From: Camelus ferus | Lineage: Eukaryota | Reading direction: 5' to 3' | DNA length: 64,000 bases | Assembly (NCBI RefSeq): GCF_009834535.1 | Contig: NC_045696.1 | Location: 121,398,001 to 121,462,000, forward strand | Part shown: one piece after another, positions 53,058-64,000 of the stretch | How the letters are laid out: every line of letters starts with the position of its first letter | How positions within the stretch are numbered: position 1 is the stretch's first letter | Notes under the pieces: generated by a model | Told to the model about the DNA's origin: nothing | Databases searched by the model: none | The model's input: the letters and a program-made list of their open reading frames with translations, nothing else | Made by a program: the position numbers and the translations under genes

Positions 53058-54576
53058 GGAAATACTGACTTAAAACATCGTGTGGTAAAACCTAAATATA
53101 TACAATTTTTATTTGCTAACTATACCTTGGGGGAAAACAACAACACAGACTTTGGCACCAGTGCTGGGACTTCAGTAACGGCAAATGCCCCATCTCTGTC
53201 CCTAGGAGCCCACACTCTAGAAGGGTGGCCAACTCCTAAGTGGGTCATCTGAGTTCAGCACAGTGGGTGCAATGGGTGGGGTGTACACTGGATACTGGGG
53301 CAGCTGGAAGGGACAGTGACCCTCTGTACCTTCTCTCTGACTCCTCAGCTTCCTCTCCCTGCTCAAGCCACCTTAAGGGAACAGCTGCCCCATCAGACCA
53401 TGGAAAGAGTGGGGGCGACTAGTTGCCCACCCCGTTCATCTTTGTCCGGCTAGGCTCTGACCTCCGCAGCACAGTGGCTGTCATCCAGGGTGGATGCACC
53501 ATCTGACCTCTTCCACTTAATCCTACAACTGCTTGAGTTTTAAAACTATTCGTGGATCCAGCTGCCCTTCTGACAAATGCTGTTGAGCACCTCGGGCACT
53601 GCAGGCACTGGGCCCAACACAGGGGATAAAACAGGGAAGGGGACACGGTCCCAGGCCTCACGATGTTATAGTACATTTATAAATGAATTACTTTAAGAAA
53701 GTACCAATTCCTTTCCTTTTCTAGACTCCTGAAGTACTCAGAGGCTGCTGCAAAGCTGGAAATAAGAAGATCCCTTTTGTTGGCTGTGTGACCTTGGCAA
53801 AACCACAGTCTCTGAGCTTTGATTTCTTCGATTACCAACTGAGGTAATACCAACTTGGCAGAGTTGTAGAATTTAAATGAACTGATGTATATGAAAGTAC
53901 TACATACCTATTGGATTTAATCTAAAAGAAAATGATGCTACTTCATTTTTCTTGTTATACTTAATACGCTCATTTCACCTACAAAGATGTTTCGTTGAAC
54001 ATAGTCCATTACAACTTTACGGTAAAGAATTCAATTTAAAATTCATATCTGGAGTTCCCTGTACAATGGGAGAAGTTAGAAAGACTTTGGCTTAAAGCCA
54101 CATCAAGCAAAAAAGGAAAATTGCCTGTATATGCTTGATAAATATTGTCCACATACCTATCTCCACTGTCAGACCCAAACTGTCTACAGATGTAAGATCT
54201 TTAAACTTGACATTCAAAACCTTTGCTATCTGGCCTTGACTAAGGGGTTTGCAACATGACATTTAATTGTCTCAATAAGCCTACGAGATGGGCTCTATTC
54301 CTACCTTACAATAAGGCAGCTGGAGGCTGAGATACTGAGTAACTGGCCCTGGCTTCCTCCACAAGCATGCAGGAGATGTGGGGCTTAGCTTGGGCTCCTG
54401 AAACTCTAAATGCTGTGGGGTTTCATCATAACACGCAGTACACTAAATAAATACTTGATCATTAAAAAAAAAAAGCTAAATGAAAGAAAGCATCTCTGTG
54501 GGGTGGTGGAAAAGATAATCTGGTTAAGAAGCCACACTGTTTGTCTCCTCTTTTTTTTTTTCTTTCCCACCTCCCT

Positions 54577-57150
54577 GTTAGTGTAGCTAAAGGTCTGTTT
54601 TGCTTATCTTAAAAAAAGCTCTTAGTTTCATAATCTTTTCGATTGTCTTTCTAGACTCTATTCCATTTATTTCTGTTCTCATCTTTATTATTTCCTTCCT
54701 TCTGCTAACTTTGGGCTGAGACTGTTCTTCTAGTTCTTTGAAATATAAAATTAGGTTGTTTATTTGAGTTCTTTTTTTCCTTAATGTAGACATTCATCAC
54801 TATAAACGTCCTTCTTACAACTGCTTTTGTTGCATCTCATAAGTTCTGGTATGTTGTGTTTCCATTTTCAATTGTCTCAAGATATTTTTTTATTTCTTTG
54901 TGGACCCACTGGGTGTTCAAAAGCATGTTATTTAATTTCCACATAGTTCCAAATTTTCTAGTTTTCCTCCTGTTACTGATTTCCAGTTCTATACAATTGT
55001 GATCACAAAAGATACCTGATGTATATTCAGTTGTGTATTTCTATACACTAGAGACAAACTACCCAAAAAGGAAATTAAGAAAAAAAATCCCATTAACTAT
55101 AGCATCAAAATGAATAAACTGCTTAGGAAAAAATTTTACCAAAGAGGTGAAAGATCTATAAGCTAAAAACCATGACATTTATGAAAGAAACTGAAGAAGA
55201 CCCAAATAAATAGAAATATGCCTCACATTCATGAATTATAAGAATTAATATTATTAAAATGCATATATCATCCAAAGCAATCTACATATTCAATGTAATC
55301 CCTAGCAAAATCCCAAAGGCATTTTTTAAATTCTTATTTTTTATTGAAGTACAGTTGATTTACAATGTTAGTTGCAGGTGAACAATGCCATTTTTCACAG
55401 ACATAGAAAGAAAACCTAAAATTTGTATGGAAACACAAAAGACATCAAATAGCCAAAGCAACACTGAGGAGGAAGAACAAAGCTGGTAACATACTTTCCT
55501 GATTTCAAACTCTGATAAAAAGCTACAATAATAAAAACAGTATGGTACTGGCATAAAAACAGATGCACAGATCAATGGAAGAGAGTAGAGGGCCTGGCTG
55601 TAAACCCACATGTATAAGGTTAACTATTCTTTGACAAGGGTGCCAAGAACATCACAAGAGAAAAAGGATAGTCTCTCAATAAACAATGCTGGGGAAACTG
55701 CACACCCACATGCAAGAAACGGATATTGGACCCTTGTCTCCAGCACACACAGAAATTAACTTGAAATGAATTAAAGACTTAAACATAAGACGTGAAACCA
55801 AAACTCCTAGACAAAAACATAGGAGGTGAGCTCCTTGACACTGGTCTTGACAGTGATTTTTTGGATTTGACACTAAAAGCACAGCAAAACAGAAACAAGT
55901 GAGACTACATCAAACTAAAAAGCTCTGTACAACAAAGGAAACAATCAGTAAAACGAAAAGGCAATCTATGGAATGGGAGAAAACATTTGCAAACCATATA
56001 TCTGATAAGAGGTTATATCCAAAATATATAAGAAACACATACAACTCAATAACAAAAAGTAGTATTAATAACCTGATGTTAAAAATGACCAAAGGACATG
56101 AGCAGACATTTTCTCGAAGACATACAAATAGCCAACAGGTTTATTTAAAAAAAGTCCTCAACACAATTAATCATCAGGGAAATGCAAATCAAAACCTCAG
56201 TGAGACACCACTTCACATCTGTTAGAATGGCTATTATCAAAAAGACAAGAAACAGTGTTGGCGAGGATGTGGAGAAAAAGGGAACCCCTGTGCACTGTTG
56301 GTGGGAATGTAAATTGGTGCAGCTGCTATGCAGAACAGTACAGAGGTTTACTGAAAAGTTAAAAATAGAACTACCATACGTGACAGGGCAACCCCACTTC
56401 TGGGTATATCACCAGAGGAAATGAAATCAGTATCTTGAAGAGATACTGGCACTCCTATGTTCACTGCAGCATTATTCACAGCATCCAAGACATGGAAGCA
56501 ACCTAAGTGTCTATCAGTGAAAGGATGGGTAAAGAAGGTGTGATGCATATACCACGGTGTGTGTGTATGTAAAGATATACACACACATACATATATATGT
56601 ACATATGTACCCATATATATGTACACTCACACACACATAATGGACGTACTGAGTCATTAAAAAGAAGGAAATCCTGCCATTATGACAACATAGATGAACC
56701 TGGGGAACATTATGCTAAGTGAAATAAGCCAGGTGCAGAAATATAAATACTGAATGATCTCACTTATACGTGGAATCTAAGAGTCAAACTTGCAGAACCA
56801 GAGAGTAGAACAGTGGAGATAGGGGAGATGCTGGTCAAAGGGTTCAAATTTCAGTTATAAAATGAGTAAGTTCTGGGGAATCTAACGTACAGCATCGTGA
56901 TCATAGTTAATATGTGACTGTATAACTGAAGTTTGCCAAAAAGAGTGTATCTTAAGTGTTCTCAGCATGCTCACACACACAAAAGTAACTACATGAGGTG
57001 AAGGACGTGTTAACTAACTTGACTGTGTCAATCATTTCATAAGGTATACATATATTATATTACCACACTGCACACCTTAAAAACCACCTTGTAAAATGTA
57101 AACATATTTAACTTTTATTTGTCAATCACACACAATAAAGCTGGAAAAGA
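54577..57150 (+). mobile_element. L1 with inverted 5' segment (54577-55020 antisense; ~55026-57150 sense)
   Basis: Minus ORF 54587..54793 QINNLILYFKELEEQ...RRKEIIK is ORF2 just after the endonuclease domain; plus-strand ORF2 3' half and 3' UTR end 'caataaagctggaaaa'. Confidence 0.85.
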
Positions 57151-57399
57151 ACTTTAAAATAGAGACCATTTTGCCTCTTATCATGAGAAATTTCACTGTG
57201 CTTTTAAAAACTTTCAATAGGCTGTTAGGCTTTTATTGGCTGGTGTTTTTGTTTTCTTTACTCATTAGTACAGTTTAAAAAATAAATGATCTACCTTTCC
57301 AAAGACAAACAAGATCCCATATTTACTGGTAACAGGCAAAAGCAAATGGTATGGATCTAGTTTATACAAAATTCTGACCACAACCAAATGGAAGGCAAG

Positions 57400-57490
57400 C
57401 CTTTCTTTCTTTCCTTTCTCTTTCTTTCCTTTCTTTCTTTTCTTTCTTTTCTTTCTTTTTTTCTTTCCTTCCTTCCTTGTTTTCTTTCTT
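57400..57490 (+). repeat. (TTTC/TTCC)n pyrimidine microsatellite
   Basis: About 90 nt, nearly all C/T. Confidence 0.9.
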
Positions 57491-58619
57491 GGTGAGAGCT
57501 GCTCATTGCTCAGACATTCTTTTCCCCTTTTCATTGAAAGTGTATGTATGTGTGTGTTTTATCATCAATTTTGCTGAAGGTTAGTCTGTATAGTAACTGA
57601 CAAAAGGTGGCAGGATCTAAGGAACCACGTGTGGGAATCACTACTCAGAGGAAACAGCTCGGGAGAACCCACCAGTGCTCCCTGAATCACACTCCGAGCA
57701 CCAGGTGTGAAGAGCACAAGCATGAGCAAAGGACACTATCTGTCCTTGAAAAAGCCATTTCAGTGCTACTTCCTTCAAGGCTGAGGGGGAGCTGATTGTA
57801 CCATGCTGTTCTAACAGTCTAAAGCAACACTTCATTTTGTTCCCTTGACACCAAATCAACACCTCCTCCCTGCCTTCTGCTTTAGGAGATACAAAGCCAG
57901 CCCCTTAATTCCCCAGCCTCCCTTGCGTCTAGTAGTAACCAAAGACAGAGTGACCATCAGCTGACCCCTAACATCTAAGCAGGTCAGGGTTACAGGGACA
58001 AAATTTTGCCCACTGAAAAAGGGGTTTAGACACAGATGGCATAGCCCACTGCCCGTCCCCACTTTTCCTAGGTAGGCATCATATGTGGCAACTCAGCAAC
58101 TGTTTTGGGCCAGGAGGCAACAACTCCAGGAAAGAAAGGCCAACGAATTCACTGAGGGTGGCACAAAGAAAATGCAAAAGAATCTCAGCTCTGATGGTGA
58201 CGTGGGGCAGCTGACCCAACACCAACAACTTGTCGTCACAGGAGGAAGTTTAACCCATATTTGTTCAAAGCCGGCTAGCCTTTTCTCGCAGCTGAAAGCA
58301 TTCGTAGCTGGTACAGAGATGCAGCGTGGTTTACTACAAAGCCTAAGGATGTAATACAAATGATGAGTACAACAATTATGAGTCAGGAAGAGCATTCTGA
58401 GTAGAAAGACATATTAATAATATAAATAGCAATCAATAATGTAAGTAATACTCGTGAGTTAAAGTTCCGCTATACGCGAGTAATGGCAAAAATGACTGTG
58501 ATAGCTAAGAATTACCCTGTTTATTACTGTAATAACTACTGTAGGGGTGAATTAGAAATAGCTGAAAACAGAGTGACTGTTGGCACTGTGAATGTATATG
58601 CACAACAGAGATACAACTA

Positions 58620-59395
58620 AAAAATCTTTACATAAAATGTTTATGCCCAACAAATATATGAAAGTGCTCATCTTGGTATTCACCAGGACCACGCAGATTA
58701 AAATTCCACTGGGCTGTGACTACACACTGCATGAATGGAAGATAAAAAAGACAGACGCTATCAAATGTTGAGGAAGATGTGGAGCACTTAGAATTCTCAC
58801 ACACTACTCGTGGGAGTACACTCTTGTACAACCATTTTGCAAAACAGTTTGGAAATAATTACTAAAGCTAACCCTTTGCTCCATTTACGACCCAGCAATC
58901 ATACTCCTAGGTATTTATCTCAAAGCAACATATCAATATGCTCACTCTAAAAATCACCCATGAGAACGTTCATAGCAGCATTATTCCTAAGAGCCCTAAA
59001 CTAGAAACCCCAAATCTATCAGCAGCTGAATGGATAAATCAACTGCAGTATATCCACACAACAGAAGAGTAAACAACAATGAGAATGAATGAACTGGACT
59101 ATACCCAATACCAGGAATCTCACAGATCCAAAGCTGGATGGAAGAAGCCCAACACTAGAGAGGACATACAGCAGGCTCTATCTGTATAAAAGTCAGAGAT
59201 AGGCAAAAACAATCAGTGCTGCCAGAAGTCAGGACACAGGTCAAGGCGTAGTAGACAGAAGGAGGCACAAGGGGGCTCGGGGTTCTGTTGATGTTCTGTT
59301 TCTTAATCTGGGTGCTGGTTCTACAGTTGGACTCATCTGCTGAAAAATTCTTGAGTTGTACACTTATGATTTGTAAAATTAAAAGTTTACCTAAA
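58620..59395 (+). mobile_element. Old L1 (L1ME-like) 3' part
   Basis: 'aaatgttgaggaagatgtggagcac...gacccagcaatcatactcctaggtattta...ttcttaatctgggtgctggtt'. Confidence 0.8.
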
Positions 59396-60644
59396 ATAAT
59401 TACCAGAGAATGCTTCCCAAAAGACAGACTGAAACAAAATTTCACACCAGTTAGATGATTCAAATAACAGAAAGACAAATCCTCAACCCACATGCTATCA
59501 AGACGTAAGATATTCCCATTGAGAACAAATGTGCTACAACAAGACAAGGTGCACTGATCTCCACAGAAGAACTTCTAAGTGATTAAATTCGGCAGTGGTG
59601 AGACACCAACAGTCTCTACAAGTACGAGGAAACCTCATTCAACGATACATTCAAACATTTGTTTAGTGCCCACCAGAACCAGACACTATTTCAGGAGCTG
59701 CAGATTCAGTGATGGGTGAGATGGACAAAAGTCTTGCCATTTAGATCTTACCTTGCTCCAACTCTAAGTTCCTGAATACAGAACACCTAGAAAATTCATA
59801 TGTTTATTCTGGAAGTGTCCATCAAATGTATAACAGAGACTGTCTCCTACTGTTTGACTCTTTGAATCAGCTTCAATTGGGAATAAGCTCACTAACCAGA
59901 GTTAACTATGAATTGGACCTGTAAGTGTATAAGGGGGTGTGTGTGTGTTTGTGTAAAACGCAGACAGACTCAGTGTTTGGGTCTGTCAGTGAGTGCAAAC
60001 CAGAGTGTGAGATTATCCAAGAGGCAAAAATATGATTAAGTGACGTGAAGGAAGGGAGTATGGAACAATACAGGAGGTTGGATGAGTAAGGCTGTGTGTA
60101 ACTGGGGCTGAAATCTTGCAACTCACATAAATCTATTTCCATTCATGCTTCTCCACCATTCCCCCAGATCTCATGATGTAAAAGAAGTCAGCTGTTTCCT
60201 CTGACAGTACCGTATCCAGTCTCCTGTGGTAGATTCACAGGAGAAGTCTGGCACAGAAGCAATCTAATTCCAGCTCAAGGCTGCATCAGGGTTATTCTCT
60301 ATTCAAAGGATTAAATCCTCAAAACTGGCCCCTGATCCCTCCTGGAATGTCCCTTCCTCTCCCCACTGAGAGCTGTTGAACACCATCTGTGCTAATAAGC
60401 TTCTGTGACTCAAAGCCCATCAACCTCCTAGGATGACTGTGCACTCCACTTCTCAAAAGGTCTTTAAAAATAGAAGAGATACTCTCTTCTGGGGGTATGG
60501 CCTGGGCAGAGCTGTAGCCAAGAAGATGATGGTCCTTTCACAAAGTCTTACCAAGAGTCATTTACCAGAATGTCCAGGTTTGTGATTGGAAGGGGTTGCA
60601 CACTCTTGTTGAAGTCAGTCTTCTGCACATAACATAGTCCCTGT

Positions 60645-60935
60645 TTATTTTTTAAATTTATTTTTTATTGTAGTAGAGTTGACTTACAATATTGTGTATG
60701 ACATAGTGATTCAGTGATAGATTTTTTTTAGGTTGTTTTCCATTATAGGTTATTACAAGATATTGAATATCATTCCCTGTGTCATACAGTAAATCTTTGT
60801 TGCACATCTATTTTGTTTATTTTTTATTTATTTTTAATTGAAGTAAAGTCAGTTTACAATGTTGTGTCAGTCTCTGGTGTACAGCATAATGCTTCAATCA
60901 TCCATATACATACATATATTCCTTTTCATAATTTT
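60645..60935 (-). mobile_element. Two tandem antisense L1 3'-end fragments
   Basis: T-tails at ~60645 and ~60812, each followed by 'ttg(t/a)agta.agt...acaat.ttgtgt'. Confidence 0.8.
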
Positions 60936-61849
60936 CCCATTTTAAATAATATTCCTTCCACCTGACAGACCCATCACCTAAGATCCAGCTCATGTAGCAT
61001 CTTCTTTATAAAACTTTCCCTGGCTCCTCTTCCCAATCTAGAGTTGAATATACTTTCCTCTGACTCCTCTAAGCTTTTAAAGAGTATTTTGGTTCACACA
61101 TTTTTCTGTCCCTTGAGGAATATGAGTTTTATGAAGACAGGGCCACAACTGTCCATCCTCACATCCAGTGGCAAGGAGGGTCGGGGCACATGGCTGGTAT
61201 TCATTAGCCATTCGTTGAGTGAATGTCAGTGAGCAGGTGATGTTTATAAAATGGAACATTTGGAAAATAACTTTCCACAAAACATAACTAGAAGGTGGCT
61301 TAACAAATGGAATAGAAATTAAGCCATCTATCTCATCCTCAAAAAAACTCTCCTGTTCAGATTTCTTGTGAAAACACATACCTTGTTTGATGGACTTGGG
61401 GCATTTCTTTATTATTCATTCACTCATTCATTCTTTGAAGTACAGTCAGTTTACAATGTTGTGTCAATATACATACACTCATTTTCATATTTAGTGTATT
61501 TCTTTCAAAGATTTTTATAGGAAAGATAAGCAGAAACCTGAATGTTCTTAGAAGAACTCCTGGGAATTTTCCCTGTAGCTAATCAGAGAAAGAAAGAAGA
61601 AAAAGAAGGGACACTTGGGGTTAAATTGAAGACTTAAAATTAACTTACAGAATCCACATACACTGATATCATTAATATCATTCTTTGGATGATAAGGACA
61701 GCTGAAAAATAAAAGATCATTTTGTTTGGATCCAAGACTTGTTATGGTTGGTATCTTGCTTTGGTCAACAAATCGGTCCACTGTTAAGCATGTGTTTTTA
61801 AAACAGAACAGCTTAACTTCCAAGTTTCACTGAGCCAGAGGAAAGCTGT

Positions 61850-62365
61850 CCCTGACACCTGGGAGCTGTCCTGGTGAGCTGACTTGGCGCTATCAGCTTG
61901 ACCTTGGTGCTGCTAGGAGCTGGCCTGGCACGCACAGCTAGGTTTTAGTGTCCCAGGGAACAAAAAACTTTCCCAGAGCCATGTACACAAGGTCACTGTG
62001 CTCTTGTACCGGAGCGAGACAAAAACATAAACCCTGTGCAAGCCATAACAATGACCACACATCTCCCATCCTGGTTAAAAGGAGCGACTATAGCTTCTTC
62101 TGTATCGTTTATAGCTTTAGCCTTGGTCTGTTCTTTCCTAGATCTGATCTTTTGGGATCTCAATCATAAAAATGTCCTGGCTTCCATCCAATCCAGAATA
62201 AAGCTGTCCTTCCTTATATTCTCCCAAATCACCTAACAATAGCCCAAATTTGGTAAACTTCCCCAAACTCTCTTACTAAGATGCCTCAGAGTTCCCCAAG
62301 GAGAGTGTTCTCCCTTGTGCCAATAAGCAATAAATCCAAGGGGAGGTGTCTTCCTGGTGGCTGGC
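61850..62365 (+). mobile_element. Old ERV1-class solo LTR (subfamily not assigned)
   Basis: 'tgctaggagctggcctggcac...atagctttagcc...catccaatccaga...cccaaatcacctaaca...gcaataaatcc...ttcctggtgg'. Confidence 0.65.
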
Positions 62366-63429
62366 GGGTATTATTCCCTGGTATTTATTTGTTCACTAAC
62401 ATACAAGCTGACTTCTCCAGAATGCCAGAGTGTACGCTAAGGTATTAAATTCCCTTGATTAAATTGTACAATTCTAGCATATTATTATCATAATTTGTTG
62501 TTATTCTCTCCCATCTCAGTTAATTAAAATACTTTAGAAACCCCAGATGAGATGATGATGATGGAATAAATGATTTTAAGGAATTAAAAAAAGAAAGTTG
62601 GAGTTTCCAGGTCCTACTTTCCTTATTTAAGAATGGGAAATGGTCTCAGACAATGTAGAGCTCTGTGGAGTGGAGATCACATTTACTCCATAGAAGCATG
62701 GATTTTCCTAAGATCCTCAACTCTTCACCATAATTTCTACCAGTTTTCTGTGCACAAAGATTTCTCCATGGAGCTGTCACAATATTTTTCTTCCCACTAA
62801 GAATACCAGAGTGCTTTCTCTTCCCAAGTTCTTTTTGTGTTGTATAATGTGACAGGCTATTAAATCAATTTCTGTCTCTTAAAATAAAGCACAGCATCCA
62901 GTACAGTGATCATTCAGAATTAAAGAGGACAACCTAGAGAAGTCTGGATTCAGTCTTCAGTTCTAAGACACACACATAACCCACACCTATCTCGTCCAAG
63001 CTCCTACTCTTGCAAACACACACACACACAGTATATTAATAAAAACATGTTAATAATTAGTTAGATTTTCATTATATTAGTATTTATATTATGTCAGTCA
63101 TATTATAATACTAATATAAAGATAATTTTGGAAGGAGAAGGACAGAAGTGTGATTAGAACCACTTAAGTGAGCTCAAGTCACACCAAACGAAAGACATTC
63201 TCTGATGAGGGTAGGAGGGCTGACAAAGCTCTGGGGAGTTTCTTTTTAAGAATTTCCTCCTTCACATCTCATTTTGCTGGCAGGAACATATTGGTATCAT
63301 TGTTCCAGATAGGGAATTGGGTAATTTTGAAAGCTTAATATGTGTGTCTATCCTTTGATCCAACACCTCCTCTAAGGAAACAGTCCTAAGTGTTAACAGG
63401 ATTATATTACATTGATGGCTGGCAGTTGA

Positions 63430-63630
63430 TTCTAAGCGCCAGGTACTGCTGTGTGTTAAATCCTCCAAACAACCTCACAATGTGGGTACTTTTATTGTCA
63501 TTACACAGATGAGAAAACGGGGGTAACCGACTTGTGTGAGATCTCAGAGCTGGTAAGTAAGAGAGCTGGGATTTGAGGACAGATCACCTGCGACCTGCGT
63601 CACCTGAAGCAGCCTGTCTCTTACCACTAG
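63430..63630 (-). mobile_element. MIR SINE
   Basis: 'ttacacagatgagaaaacgggg...agagctgggatttga'. Confidence 0.75.
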
Positions 63631-63699
63631 AAGCCTGGGCACGGGGAACCGTGACACGGCCTGCCCTTCCCCCAGCACTGCCATGAGTCACCCAGCTGC

Positions 63700-63930
63700 T
63701 CAGGACCCTGGAATCGGTCTCCATCCCTCTCCTTTTCTCATATGCTACATCCAGTCCACCTGCAAATTTTACAGTCTATTTTTAAATACACCTCATTTCC
63801 AACCACTTTTCATCTTCTCCATGGTTACCTCCTGGTCCAGACTATTACACCTCTCCCTTGGACAGACGCTGGAGTTCCTCAGTCGCCTCGATACCTGCTC
63901 ATGTCTCTGTGCATGGTCTGCTCAGCAAAC
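63700..63930 (+). mobile_element. LINE-2 fragment
   Basis: 'accctcctggtccagactattacacctctcccttggac'. Confidence 0.55.
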
Positions 63931-64000
63931 AGTGTACAGCTCTGTAGTAGGGCACCTGCCTAGCATACCCAAGGTCCTGAGTTCAATCCCCAGTATCTCC
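63931..64000 (+). mobile_element. Vic-1-like SINE cut by the window edge
   Basis: 'gtacagctctgtagtagggcacctgcctagcatacccaaggtcctgagttcaatccccagtatctcc'. Confidence 0.8.

Noticed and set aside
61562..61573. NF-kB-like GGGAATTTTCCC overlapping a strong minus-strand acceptor-like tract
   Set aside because: Single motif; the nearest donor (CAG|gtttct) is weak and there is no supporting context

Overview
Mammalian non-coding DNA, intronic or intergenic. It is most likely camelid (Camelus/Vicugna/Lama), because it carries tRNA-Ala-derived Vic-1-type SINEs and many camelid-type LINE-1 3' ends. I could not identify any intact protein-coding gene, rRNA, true tRNA or CRISPR array. The protein-like ORFs in the track are decayed LINE-1 ORF2 remnants, microsatellite read-throughs or chance ORFs. 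A large part of the window is transposon-derived: young 5'-truncated L1s with readable target-site duplications (TSDs), old L1M/L2/MIR, MaLR/ERVL/ERV1 solo LTRs and a MER5-like DNA element. The best-supported oddities are retrotransposition architectures: an LTR nested antisense in another LTR, a ~33-bp TSD, a 5'-inverted L1, serial insertions at one site with a fold-back, and a multi-layer nested stack. Several minus-strand exon-like segments can be joined in frame, but this is speculative. I see no convincing evidence of a novel biological system. Repeat subfamily names come from recalled consensus motifs, and boundaries of old elements are approximate.
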